Below, piece by piece: positions 44,409 through 54,108 of a stretch of DNA of 64,000 nucleotides (position 1 is its first letter; each line of letters starts with the position of its first letter). The stretch spans positions 32,001-96,000 of the forward strand of contig JANOAV010000083.1 of the NCBI GenBank assembly GCA_031411295.1, written 5' to 3'. The translations under genes and the position numbers were made by a program. This DNA comes from Verrucomicrobiales bacterium. GTDB taxonomy: Bacteria > Verrucomicrobiota > Verrucomicrobiia > Verrucomicrobiales > V1-33. The notes under the pieces are model-generated. The model made no database searches. It saw only the letters and a list, made by a program, of their open reading frames with translations, and was not told the DNA's origin.

Positions 44409-47030
44409 ATGAACCATCTCCCACCATTGCCCAGCGATCATGCTTCTGGCAAGGCAGCCGACCCATCTATTCATTTCGCGCCCATCATTGGAGAGGCAGC
44501 TGTGATGAAGTTGCCGGAAGTCATGTCGAGAATGCGGACACCGGAGGACGGCTTAACGGGCGCTGAAGCTGCCAAACGATTGCTGGAGGTGGGACCGAAC
44601 GTGGTGGCTGCGAATAAGCAACAAGGGGGGCTGATGCGTTTGTGGACGGCTGCGCGGAATCCATTGGTCATTCTGCTGATGGTGTTGGCGGGTGTTTCAT
44701 TTGTAACAGGCGATGTAAGAGCGGGGAGTGTCATGCTGATCATGGTGCTGTTAGGGGTCTTGCTGAGATTCACCCAGGAATCGCGAGCCGATGCAGCTGC
44801 GGCAAAACTTCAAGCCATGATTCACGTCACTGCCACGGTGGTGCGGGGCGGGCAGGACAAGGAAATTCCACTGCGTGAAATTGTCCCGGGCGATATGGTG
44901 AAGCTCTCTGCTGGAGATATGATTCCAGCAGATGCTCGCATCATCGCTGCGAAGGATTTGTTCGTTTCGCAGGGAACCCTAACTGGTGAATCATTGCCAG
45001 TCGAGAAGACGGCATTGCCTGAGTTGCGACCCGACATCACGCCTATGGACTTCGCGAACTCATGCTTCCTGGGAACGAGCGTGGAAAGCGGTGCTGCTAC
45101 AGCTGTTATTCTCGCAACCGGCTCCCAGACTTACTTTGGCAGTATGGCGGGCAGCATTACCGGTGTTGCCGAACCAACGAGTTTTGACCGCGGAGTGCAG
45201 TCATTCACTTGGCTGATGATTCGTTTCATGATGGTCATGGTGCCGCTGGTTTTCCTCATCAACGGGTTCACGAAGCACGATTGGCGGGAGGCTTTCTTCT
45301 TTGCAATCGCGGTCGCAGTAGGCATGACACCAGAAATGTTACCCATGATTGTCTCGGTTTGTTTGTCGAAAGGCGCGTTGGCCATGTCGAAGCAAAAAGT
45401 GATCGTGAAGCAACTGAGCGCGATTCAGAATTTCGGAGCCATGGATGTGCTCTGCACGGATAAGACCGGCACGCTGACAATGGATCAAGTGATCCTTCAG
45501 CGTCATTGCGATGTGATGCGTCAGGAAAATGAGGACGTCTTTCGTGACGCTTATCTGATTGCGCATTTTCAAACGGGATTGAAAAGTATTCTGGATCGTG
45601 CCGTGCTAACGCATCGCGATGCCCGTCCGGAGATCATTGCTGACTATGGCAAGGTGGATGAAATTCCATTCGATTTTGAACGACGCATGATGTCGGTGGT
45701 CGTGTCCACGCCGACTCAGGAGCATCAACTGTTGACGAAGGGGGCGCCAGAAGCGGTGTTTCCACGCTGCACTTCGTTTGAGCTGAAGGGGGAAATATTT
45801 CCAATGGACCCGGCTCGCACCGAGGAATTGATTAAACACTATCAAGACCTGAATGCTGATGGGTTTCGCGTTTTGGCGGTGGCGCATAAAAAACTCGCTC
45901 CCGACGAATTCATTTCAAAAGAGGACGAGTGTGATTTGATTCTGAAAGGATACATTGCTTTCCTTGATCCGCCGAAAGACAGCGCCAGCAAGGCCCTGGC
46001 GGCTTTGCGAGGGCATGGCGTGACCGTGAAAGTGCTGACAGGTGACAATGATTTGGTGACCCGCAAAGTTTGTCGGGACGTGGGCCTGAATGCTGACGAA
46101 ATCCTCCTCGGTAGCAAGGTGGAAACAATGAACGATGCTGAACTGGCGGCTGCTGCTGAGAAGTTTCATGTCTTCGCCAGGCTTTCGCCTGCCCATAAGC
46201 AGCGCATCATTCGAGCGCTGCAGCACAACGGTCACGTTGTGGGATTCATGGGGGATGGCATCAATGATGCGCCGGCATTGCATGTGGCAGATGTAGGTAT
46301 CTCGGTGGATTCAGCCGTGGATATCGCGAAGGCCGCCGCATCCATGATTCTGCTGGAAAAGGATCTCATGGTGCTGGATGATGGTGTGATTGTAAGTCGC
46401 AAAGTTTTCGTGAATATCCTAAAATATATCCGCATGGGTGCCAGTTCCAGCTTCGGCAATATGTTCAGCGTGCTTGGTGCCAGCGCGTTCCTGCCCTTTG
46501 TGCCGATGCTTCCGATTCAAGTCCTCACAAATAATTTGCTCTACGATTTCTCGCAGATTCCCATTCCAAACGATACCGTGGAGTCGGATCAAACCGACAA
46601 GCCGAGTCCGTGGAAGCTCGATGAAATCAAGAAATTCGTGCTCTGCATTGGCCCTATAAGCTCGATCTTCGACTACACCACCTTCTTCATCATGCTGTAT
46701 GCCTTCGGATGCTGGGATCCAGCCCGTGCGGCAGTCTTTCAAACAGGTTGGTTCGTGGAATCGCTGCTCACGCAAACCTTGATCGTCCACGTCATCCGGA
46801 CCAAGAAAATTCCGTTTCTCCAAAGTCGCGCCAGTTGGCAACTTTCCATGACCACCCTGGCGATCATGGGGGCAGCGGGTTGGTTGCCGTATTCTCCATT
46901 GGCTTCCATCCTTGGCTTCACAGCGTTGCCTTCGCTTTACTGGCCGCTGATCCTACTGACTTTGGCGGCTTACATTATGCTAACACAGGCTGTGAAAATG
47001 TGGCTCATTCGTTGTCACTGGCTCCATTGA
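44409..47030 (+). CDS. mgtA: Magnesium-translocating P-type ATPase
   Basis: TGES, TPEMLP, DKTGTLT, GDGINDAPAL, NNLLYD. Confidence 0.92.
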   Translation: MNHLPPLPSDHASGKAADPSIHFAPIIGEAAVMKLPEVMSRMRTPEDGLTGAEAAKRLLEVGPNVVAANKQQGGLMRLWTAARNPLVILLMVLAGVSFVTGDVRAGSVMLIMVLLGVLLRFTQESRADAAAAKLQAMIHVTATVVRGGQDKEIPLREIVPGDMVKLSAGDMIPADARIIAAKDLFVSQGTLTGESLPVEKTALPELRPDITPMDFANSCFLGTSVESGAATAVILATGSQTYFGSMAGSITGVAEPTSFDRGVQSFTWLMIRFMMVMVPLVFLINGFTKHDWREAFFFAIAVAVGMTPEMLPMIVSVCLSKGALAMSKQKVIVKQLSAIQNFGAMDVLCTDKTGTLTMDQVILQRHCDVMRQENEDVFRDAYLIAHFQTGLKSILDRAVLTHRDARPEIIADYGKVDEIPFDFERRMMSVVVSTPTQEHQLLTKGAPEAVFPRCTSFELKGEIFPMDPARTEELIKHYQDLNADGFRVLAVAHKKLAPDEFISKEDECDLILKGYIAFLDPPKDSASKALAALRGHGVTVKVLTGDNDLVTRKVCRDVGLNADEILLGSKVETMNDAELAAAAEKFHVFARLSPAHKQRIIRALQHNGHVVGFMGDGINDAPALHVADVGISVDSAVDIAKAAASMILLEKDLMVLDDGVIVSRKVFVNILKYIRMGASSSFGNMFSVLGASAFLPFVPMLPIQVLTNNLLYDFSQIPIPNDTVESDQTDKPSPWKLDEIKKFVLCIGPISSIFDYTTFFIMLYAFGCWDPARAAVFQTGWFVESLLTQTLIVHVIRTKKIPFLQSRASWQLSMTTLAIMGAAGWLPYSPLASILGFTALPSLYWPLILLTLAAYIMLTQAVKMWLIRCHWLH

Positions 47031-47141
47031 GATCACGCATGTTCCTGAGTTGATCCAAGCAGTTGGGAAGTGCAACCCCACGGAATCTTAAAGGATCATT
47101 AGTCATCTGTGAAGCTTTCCCCGCTCCTTGCTGGAACGAAA

Positions 47142-47158
47142 ATAGGGTTTCACCCCAT
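47142..47158 (+). promoter_or_regulatory. Regulon box ATAGGGTTTCACCCCAT, -10-like GATGGT at 47180
   Basis: Recurrent motif upstream of DUF2934 gene. Confidence 0.75.
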
Positions 47159-47246
47159 GGTTGTAGATCCGTGGGCAGCGATGGTGTCGACGTGAAGGAA
47201 CCAACTCGTCTTCACCAACTAACGCATTACGCTAACGCAAACCATA

Positions 47247-47453
47247 ATGAGAACCAAATCGTCTAAATCTACATCGCGCACGTCCGTCCCGGACAGCATC
47301 GTCCCAGTCACCGCAGCAGCAACTGATTCGATCAGTGATGTCGCTACGCGGGCTTACGCCAAATACGAGAATAGCGGCTACGCCTCTGGAAACGATGTCC
47401 AGCATTGGCTGGAGGCGGAGTCAGAACTAACGCCCATTGGCGAAAATCAATAA
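47247..47453 (+). CDS. DUF2934 small protein
   Basis: VATRAYAKYE..G...GNDVQHWLEAESEL. Confidence 0.8.
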   Translation: MRTKSSKSTSRTSVPDSIVPVTAAATDSISDVATRAYAKYENSGYASGNDVQHWLEAESELTPIGENQ

Positions 47454-47513
47454 TCAATACCCCATGCTCGCATGATCTCATGCGCGTAGTCAAACCAAAC
47501 CGAAACTAGCACC

Positions 47514-47748
47514 ATGCAAACAACCACTGAAAAAGCTGGCGCCGATCTAAAAACAGACGTGCTCTCCGAACTCAAATATGAGCCCAGCGTTAAAATAGCC
47601 AAAATTGGCGTTCTGGTCAATGACGGCCCAGCGCAATGCGCAGTTGGAAGCAGACGAAATCCAAGTGTCCACTGAAGGCCACTTAGGATATACGCCCGCC
47701 AGTCGCGCGGCCGGGCTGAATCCCGTTGATGCACTGCCCAACGAGCAG
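47514..47748 (+). pseudogene. Mosaic remnant: BON-domain protein pieces plus ABC permease C-terminus
   Basis: DLKTDVLSELKYEPSV..IGVLVNDG; QRNAQLEADEIQVSTEG; YTPASRAAGLNPVDAL. Confidence 0.6.
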
Positions 47749-47757
47749 CGCGACAGT

Positions 47758-47774
47758 GGCGGGTTTTACCCCAT
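47758..47774 (+). promoter_or_regulatory. Regulon box GGCGGGTTTTACCCCAT, -10-like TAAGTT at 47797
   Basis: Recurrent motif upstream of lipoprotein gene. Confidence 0.75.
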
Positions 47775-47858
47775 GGCGCGGTGGCTTGTCAGCGGCTAAG
47801 TTTCGAATAGGCCCTCGCATGAGTCGGCCTCAATTCCACATCAAAACAACCAAGCACT

Positions 47859-48161
47859 ATGAAATTCATTGCCACCACCCTCCTCGCCTTAACTGCTATT
47901 TTTCTTGCCTCCTGTGATAAACAAAAAGCCGCCGTCGAAGCCAAGGCCGACGCCACCAAGGATGCCATCAATAATCAGAAGGACGCCGTAGATACTGCCG
48001 CCGATGCCGCCAAGAAGCGCACTGATGTGAATGCCAAAATCGACAAGGCTAACATTGAGGCTGACAAGGTAGCTGAGCAAGCCCAACTGGACGCTGACAA
48101 GAAGAAGGCTGACGCAGAAGCCATCGCTGAGAAAGCCCGGATTGATGCGCTGCGCAAATAA
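47859..48161 (+). CDS. Ala/Lys/Asp-rich lipoprotein
   Basis: Lipobox LASC, then hydrophilic helical body. Confidence 0.8.
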   Translation: MKFIATTLLALTAIFLASCDKQKAAVEAKADATKDAINNQKDAVDTAADAAKKRTDVNAKIDKANIEADKVAEQAQLDADKKKADAEAIAEKARIDALRK

Positions 48162-48220
48162 ATCTTAGGAGCCCGCCTTTCTGCCATAGCTGAACCCGAA
48201 TTGTTAAGACTAGCCCATTT

Positions 48221-48946
48221 ATGATCATGAATCCAGTCCCTGAAATCAATCCCCTGGAGGACCGTTTGGAGCAAGGCTTTCGCCTGCATCTTCTGCGGCT
48301 CAAATCTCTCGAAAAGGAGGCAGCGCTTCCGCTGCACCAGATCCGTGATTTCGGACGGATGCATGGGCCCGCAGCAGATTGGCATCAACAATGGGATCAG
48401 CAGTGGGCGGAAATTGCCGCCACCCTGACGCGCATGGAGATCTCATTTGGGGAAATGGATGCAGCGCTTGAGGGCACCGCACCCGAGTATCTGGTCCGCG
48501 CCAAGGCGGGTTGGGCTCTGATCCAGGCAGAGGATCAACGATTGGTCACCTCGGTCAATACGGTGCGCAATTTAGCGCAGTCGCTTGATCCGTTGCTGCG
48601 CCCGGAATGGAATGCCCTGGCCCGCGCTATCGAAGCGCTGTTGCAAATTATGCAGGTTTGCGCTCAGACGCTTTCGATTCGGCTATCGCTTACCCAGGAA
48701 TCAGACGCGGTGGAATTAAAAAGGCAGGTTGAGAAGGTTTTTGCCCAACTCCCAACCACGCCCTTGGCAGACGATTTGGACACGGTGCGGTATTTCCTCG
48801 ACTATCAAAAGGCCGTCAACGAACTGGCAAGTCATCATCATGATGAACTGGGATTCTTTGATGCCATTAAAGCGTTATTCCTCTGGGGCGATTCCCCAGA
48901 GGTGCACGTGGCCCCGGATCGCTCGCTGCAAATTCCGCAGGCCTAG
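48221..48946 (+). CDS. Hypothetical helical protein
   Basis: 241-aa ORF followed by terminator. Confidence 0.6.
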   Translation: MIMNPVPEINPLEDRLEQGFRLHLLRLKSLEKEAALPLHQIRDFGRMHGPAADWHQQWDQQWAEIAATLTRMEISFGEMDAALEGTAPEYLVRAKAGWALIQAEDQRLVTSVNTVRNLAQSLDPLLRPEWNALARAIEALLQIMQVCAQTLSIRLSLTQESDAVELKRQVEKVFAQLPTTPLADDLDTVRYFLDYQKAVNELASHHHDELGFFDAIKALFLWGDSPEVHVAPDRSLQIPQA

Positions 48947-48978
48947 GAATTAGCTTCTTCAGCAAGGAGAAAACATCG

Positions 48979-49019
48979 AAAACCAAGGAAAACGCCAGCG
49001 CTTCCTTGGTTTTTCTTTT
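48979..49019 (+). terminator. Intrinsic terminator
   Basis: AAAACCAAGGAA...TTCCTTGGTTTT followed by T-rich tail. Confidence 0.65.
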
Positions 49020-49166
49020 GGAGCATAGCGAGATCCGGCAAACGCAAACATCGGTAAGAATTTCGTCGTAAAAGTGACCGACCCAAGCGGTCGCATTTGA
49101 GTCATTTTACTACGAGGGTTTTACCATGGGGGCTTGATCTTGCCTTTGGCGCATGCATGCCCAAGC

Positions 49167-50096
49167 TTAAAATGTCCAGCGCAAACCGCCTGTAACATAA
49201 AGGCTGGGGTCCAAGTCTTGATCCACCAAAGCGCGCCCGCGGTCATCTTCCACGCGAAGGTTCGTGAAGACATTAGCCCCGACTCCGAGACTGATCCAGG
49301 CTTGTTGAGCAATGCGACGCTCAAGATCAATGCCGACCTTACCGCCCATCAACTCCACCCGCTTGGTTCCCCCATTTTGCTCTACCATCCAGCGTCCGCC
49401 ATAAGGCAGGGCTTTAAGTTTGATCCGCCAGTCATCGCTGCATTGATACGTGAGGACACCGCCGGCCGCACTCAGCAGGAAGGAAATGTTCTCCCGGGGG
49501 CTCCAAAGAATGCCCACACTGGGCAGGACGACATCATCCCCGTAGTCCCGAGTATAATAGATGCCGCCAGCCACCACCAGATTGGATGAAAAGCGATAGC
49601 CTAAATTGATGCTCGCAGTGAGATCGAAGGTCTCACTGCTGAAGGAGTTCAAGTCGGACGAAACGCCAGGCTGCAACAAGGTGTAGAGAAACCACGGGGA
49701 TTCAGTGGACTTCCAGACCATTTGCAGGGGAACCCGCACGGTGTGGAGGTCAAACCCTTCGGTGAGGCCTTTAGATTCCACATCGAGTTGGTAGTAGCGA
49801 TAATAGATGTCTGCGAGCAGGCAAAAATCATCCGTATGAACCGCTGGGAGCGGCACCAAAATCTCCGCTTCTTGCAGTGAAAGCGCACCTGGCTGATCGC
49901 TGAAATCCATGTCCGCGTCATAAGTGTAACGAAGATCTAAAGCGGGGCGCATGAACTTCTCCAAGATGCTGACATCGGTATTAGCATTGGCTGTCGCAGG
50001 TGTTTTTCCGGGTGCGCCTGCGTGGACAGTGTTGGCAATGAGGAGCGGGATCACGGCCCTCAGCAGGGGAAAGGATGGGGGAGATGCATTTGTCAT
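49167..50096 (-). CDS. Outer-membrane beta-barrel protein (DUF6268-like)
   Basis: Signal peptide, amphipathic strands, terminal GLRWTF. Confidence 0.7.
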   Translation of the reverse strand: MTNASPPSFPLLRAVIPLLIANTVHAGAPGKTPATANANTDVSILEKFMRPALDLRYTYDADMDFSDQPGALSLQEAEILVPLPAVHTDDFCLLADIYYRYYQLDVESKGLTEGFDLHTVRVPLQMVWKSTESPWFLYTLLQPGVSSDLNSFSSETFDLTASINLGYRFSSNLVVAGGIYYTRDYGDDVVLPSVGILWSPRENISFLLSAAGGVLTYQCSDDWRIKLKALPYGGRWMVEQNGGTKRVELMGGKVGIDLERRIAQQAWISLGVGANVFTNLRVEDDRGRALVDQDLDPSLYVTGGLRWTF

Positions 50097-50131
50097 GATG
50101 GGATTTGATTTTAGATTAAGTTTAAGGTGGC

Positions 50132-50656
50132 CTATTCGTCGTCGGTATCGCTGCCGACCCCGCTGGAATAAAGTTCACCCATGGCTTGCTCATTTTTTTC
50201 CATCGCCAATTCCGTCAACAGATCGTTGGTGGCCTTTTCTTCTTCAAGAATTTCGCTGATAAGTTCCGCAGCACTTTCGTTTTCCAACAGCAGAGCCCAG
50301 GCGTGTAGGGTGCCGTAGGAGGCAATCTCATAATGCTCAACTTTCTGGGCCGCCGAGATCAGGGCAGCATTCATGGCAATGCTTCCATCGAAATTCGAAA
50401 TCAGGGCCTCAGCCTCCTCAAGGAGTCCCACGGTGGCTTTGCAGGTAACGGCCTTTGGGTCCCAGCCGAAGCACTCGAACACTCCCTCCAAATTCTCAAT
50501 GTGGCCTTCGGTTTCGAGGAGATGATTTTCAAATGCTGCCTGTAATTTCTTACAAGTGGCGGCTTGAGCCATTTTTGGCAAGGCCTTGGCGATGCGCTTT
50601 TCGGCATCATACATGTCTTTAAGTTCGGATTCGAATAGGTCTGTGAGAGTTTTCAT
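50132..50656 (-). CDS. yciF: YciE/YciF ferritin-like protein (DUF892), paralog 2
   Basis: Same length and highly similar to 6300-6824. Confidence 0.9.
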   Translation of the reverse strand: MKTLTDLFESELKDMYDAEKRIAKALPKMAQAATCKKLQAAFENHLLETEGHIENLEGVFECFGWDPKAVTCKATVGLLEEAEALISNFDGSIAMNAALISAAQKVEHYEIASYGTLHAWALLLENESAAELISEILEEEKATNDLLTELAMEKNEQAMGELYSSGVGSDTDDE

Positions 50657-50737
50657 GTGTTGGTAGGTGTAATAGGGTTATTTCCAGATGAGTTATCACT
50701 GGAGGGGTCACCCATACCATGGAGTTACATTTCCGGT

Positions 50738-50754
50738 ATGGGGTGTATCCCCAC
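50738..50754 (-). promoter_or_regulatory. Regulon box GTGGGGATACACCCCAT
   Basis: Recurrent motif upstream of second yciF; 16/17 identical to the 6908 box although most flanking DNA differs. Confidence 0.75.
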
Positions 50755-50801
50755 TGCGAATTGCACCTTATTGAGCTTACACGTCCTAAATTCCGTCGCC
50801 A

Positions 50802-53800
50802 TCAGAAATCACCTTCCAGAAATCTTTGACGATCTCCGCGTGACGATACACCAGCCACGCTCAGCCGCTGGATGGCTGCGAGTAGCTGCGGTAGTTTGAG
50901 GGGTTTGACGAGGTGCTCGGAGAAGCCTGCGGTAAGGCTTTCGCGGATGTCTTCTTCCATGCCGTAGCCGCTCATGGCGATGCCGCGGAGGGGCTGGATG
51001 TCCTGCATTTGGGCCATAAGGTCGTAGCCGCTGGCGTCGGGCAGGCCGAGGTCGCTGATGAGGATGTCGAAGGTTTCGGTTTGCGCGAGTTTGAGGGCGG
51101 TAGCGACATCGTCAGCGGTGGTGACGGTGAAGCCTTCTAGGGTGAGGAGAGTTTTCAGCGCGCTGCGCGTGTCGGCGTGGTCTTCGACGATGAGAAGGCG
51201 CAGGGGCGAGGACTTGGCTGGTTCAGGCGCAGCGGGCTGGTTGTGGGCTGGCTCTTGCAGCAGGGTGCCGGGCACTTGGATGATGAAGGTGGCTCCTTTT
51301 CCAGGGCCCGGGCTTTCGGCACGAATGGTGCCACCGTGGAGTTCGATGAGGGCTTTAGAAATGGCGAGTCCGAGTCCAAGACCGCCGAATTGCCGGGTGA
51401 TGCGGGCGTCGCCTTGTTCAAAGGCATCGAAGATGCGCGGCAAGATTTCTGGCGAGATGCCGGCTCCGTTATCCGTGATGCGGACTTCGACGCACGTGGG
51501 TGAGACACGCTTGCTGGTGATGTGGATTTTGCCATTTCTCGGGGTGAATTTCACGGCGTTCTTGAGCACGTTCCAGAGCACTTGTTCAAAGCGGGCGGGG
51601 TCGGCGTGGATGAATCCCGCTTCGTCGCACAGGTCGAACGTGAGCTGCACTTCCTGCCCGATGATTTGCGGGCGGCAGATGGAACAAACGTGTTGCACGG
51701 CACTGTTGATATCTAGCTGCTCGAGACGCAGTTCCAGCTTGCCGCTGGCGATGCGGCTGACATCCAGCAGGTCGTCGATGAGCTTGGTTTCCATCTCGAT
51801 GTTCCGGCGGATCATGGTCATTTCATCCCGCACGTCGGGGCGCAGTCCCTTGTCGTGTTCCAAGGCGCATACGGTCATGAGCACTGGCGCGAGGGGAGTG
51901 CGTAGTTCATGGCTGAGGACGGCTAGGAAACGGTCTTTGCTGCGGTTGGCGGACTCGGCAGCTTCTTTGGCTTCGCTCAGTTTTTGCGCGGCTTGCCTGC
52001 GTTCCGTGACGTCGAGATTGCTGCCGACGACCCATTCCGTTTTGCCTTCGAGATTGGCGCGCACGGTTTCGACGGCTTTGATGATGCGGACTTGGCCGTC
52101 GTTGGCACGGGTAATGCGGAATTCACGAGTGCTTTGTCCCTGCCGCCGCAGTGTGTCTTGCAGCACCCGCTCTTGTTCGGGGAGGTCCTCGGGCAGCACG
52201 GCGTTGCTCCACGTTTCGTAGGGGACGATGCCGCCTTCTGTCGGCGGCACGCCATACAGGCGGAACATTTGTGCATCCCACCGGATCAAGTTGCTGATGA
52301 CGTTCCATTCCCAGATGCCGACGCCGGTGGCTTCGGTAGCGAGGTGCATGCGCACTTGGCCGGCCCGCAGCGCCTCGAGGGAGCGCTGGCGTTCCGTCAC
52401 TTCACGGAAATAGCAGACCACGCCGTGCTGGCCATCCGGCAAGGTCACGCGCTGGATTTCCCACTCGTAGGTTTCCTTGGCACCAAGATCGTGGCGCAGC
52501 TCCGTAAAGGGTGGTGAAATGTAGCGTTCCCCCGTCTCCAACGTGTGCCGGAAAATGCCTGCGATCTGGCCGCCCAATTCCGGCCCCCAGAGGAGCGTGA
52601 GCACTTCAGCAAAATCCCGGCCAATGAGCGGCTGCACGGAAGCGAAGGCCGGCACCGCCTCGGCATTGATCTGCTGCATGCGGAACTGCGGATCCACCAC
52701 ATAGGTGCCCATGGGGGCCTGTGCGATGAGCGTGGAAAACAGAGCCGCGTTCTGGCGCAGGGTTTCCTCCGCTCTTTTGCGGTCGGTGACGTCCCGTTGG
52801 ACGGAGACCCAATGCGTGAAACTGCCTTTCGAATCCGCCACGGGGAAGATTTCAAACTCCACGTCAAACTCCGTGCCGTCCTTGCGATAGTCTGTGACTT
52901 CCACCTTGACTGGCTGCCATTGCTCCATTGCGGCCCGGACCTTTTCCAGCTCCACGCGGCTGGACTTTGGCCCTTGCAGAATGCGGGGAGTCTTCCCGAT
53001 GGCCTCCTCTGCCGTATAGCCGGTCATGGTGGTAAATGCGGGATTGACATACAGGATGCGCGGACCGGGCTCATTGCTCGGCTCGGCCTCGGTGATCACG
53101 ACCACGTCGTTCATTTTGGTGACCACCTTTTCAAACAATCGCAGCCGCTCCTCCACGAGCTTCTCCGCAGTGATGTCGAGCGTCGCGAGAATAGCGCGCT
53201 TGGGCTGTCGGTCCCCGCTTTCGCCTGCAAAGAAGACTTGCTCACGCACCCGCAGCCACCGAACCTCTCCCGTGGGCCAGACCACGCGGTAATCCATCGC
53301 GAACCAGCCATCTCCCATTGGATCCTTCGATTCAGCGATGCGCTGCGTCAGTTCGGTAACATCATCGGCGTGAATGATTTTGTGGACTTGCTCGCGCGGC
53401 AGCGAAACAGCGCTATTCCCCAAGCCGAACTGCCTTGCTGCCTCTTTGGACAAGTGTTTGATCCCCGTCGTGTAATCTATATTCGTGAGGGCGAGACCCG
53501 CCACCCTCATGCCAATGTCCAGCTTTTGTTCACTTGCGCGCAGGACTCCCTCCGCCTGCCTGCGCCCAGCGATTTCAGAGCACAGTTGCGCGTTCAAGTG
53601 GTCGGCGGCTGCCGTGAGTTCATGCTGCCGGATCGAGCCGAGCAGCAAAGCCTCGTTCATCGCGACCGCCGCATCGTGGGAGTGTCCCAACCTGGCGAGG
53701 GTTGAGTTTGATTCCAGCAGAGCCGTTTCGCGCAGGGCTTCGACGGATGCAGCCAAATCCTGAGCCTTTTGCACCATCGTCCCGATCTCTGTCTCGAATT

Positions 53801-54101
53801 GCAGCCGCGTTTCTTTGCGCACCGTCTCAACGAAGTGAGCCAAATCCCCAGCCTTTTCGACCAGCGCCTTGATTTTTTCCTCGGATTGCAAGTGCGCCTG
53901 GCTGCGCAAGGTCTCGACAAAATCCGCCAAGTCTCGCGCCCGTTGTTCCAGCGCTTCGATTTTCTGATCTGATTGCGACAGGACGTGCAAGCGGGTGGTT
54001 TCGAGGAAACAACCCAAATCTTTGGCCTTCTGTTCCAAGGTCTCGATTTTCTCGATCGATTGGATCAGGGCATCCGAGTCAGTTGGTTTCACGGGATTCA
54101 T
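50802..54101 (-). CDS. Cytoplasmic hybrid histidine kinase (N-terminal 29-aa repeats, 4 PAS, HisKA, HATPase, REC)
   Basis: LSHELRTPL, NVLKNAVKF, GGLGLGL, ISDLGLPD. Confidence 0.9.
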   Translation of the reverse strand: MNPVKPTDSDALIQSIEKIETLEQKAKDLGCFLETTRLHVLSQSDQKIEALEQRARDLADFVETLRSQAHLQSEEKIKALVEKAGDLAHFVETVRKETRLQFETEIGTMVQKAQDLAASVEALRETALLESNSTLARLGHSHDAAVAMNEALLLGSIRQHELTAAADHLNAQLCSEIAGRRQAEGVLRASEQKLDIGMRVAGLALTNIDYTTGIKHLSKEAARQFGLGNSAVSLPREQVHKIIHADDVTELTQRIAESKDPMGDGWFAMDYRVVWPTGEVRWLRVREQVFFAGESGDRQPKRAILATLDITAEKLVEERLRLFEKVVTKMNDVVVITEAEPSNEPGPRILYVNPAFTTMTGYTAEEAIGKTPRILQGPKSSRVELEKVRAAMEQWQPVKVEVTDYRKDGTEFDVEFEIFPVADSKGSFTHWVSVQRDVTDRKRAEETLRQNAALFSTLIAQAPMGTYVVDPQFRMQQINAEAVPAFASVQPLIGRDFAEVLTLLWGPELGGQIAGIFRHTLETGERYISPPFTELRHDLGAKETYEWEIQRVTLPDGQHGVVCYFREVTERQRSLEALRAGQVRMHLATEATGVGIWEWNVISNLIRWDAQMFRLYGVPPTEGGIVPYETWSNAVLPEDLPEQERVLQDTLRRQGQSTREFRITRANDGQVRIIKAVETVRANLEGKTEWVVGSNLDVTERRQAAQKLSEAKEAAESANRSKDRFLAVLSHELRTPLAPVLMTVCALEHDKGLRPDVRDEMTMIRRNIEMETKLIDDLLDVSRIASGKLELRLEQLDINSAVQHVCSICRPQIIGQEVQLTFDLCDEAGFIHADPARFEQVLWNVLKNAVKFTPRNGKIHITSKRVSPTCVEVRITDNGAGISPEILPRIFDAFEQGDARITRQFGGLGLGLAISKALIELHGGTIRAESPGPGKGATFIIQVPGTLLQEPAHNQPAAPEPAKSSPLRLLIVEDHADTRSALKTLLTLEGFTVTTADDVATALKLAQTETFDILISDLGLPDASGYDLMAQMQDIQPLRGIAMSGYGMEEDIRESLTAGFSEHLVKPLKLPQLLAAIQRLSVAGVSSRGDRQRFLEGDF

Positions 54102-54108
54102 GTAGTTT

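Noticed and set aside
49113..49130. GAGGGTTTTACCATGG as another regulon box
   Set aside because: Lacks two C of the core and lies between convergent genes with no supported downstream gene.
52790..53140. LOV-like PAS domain in the KaiC-linked kinase as a blue-light sensor
   Set aside because: Reads GKTPRILQG rather than GRNCRFLQG; the photoactive Cys is absent.
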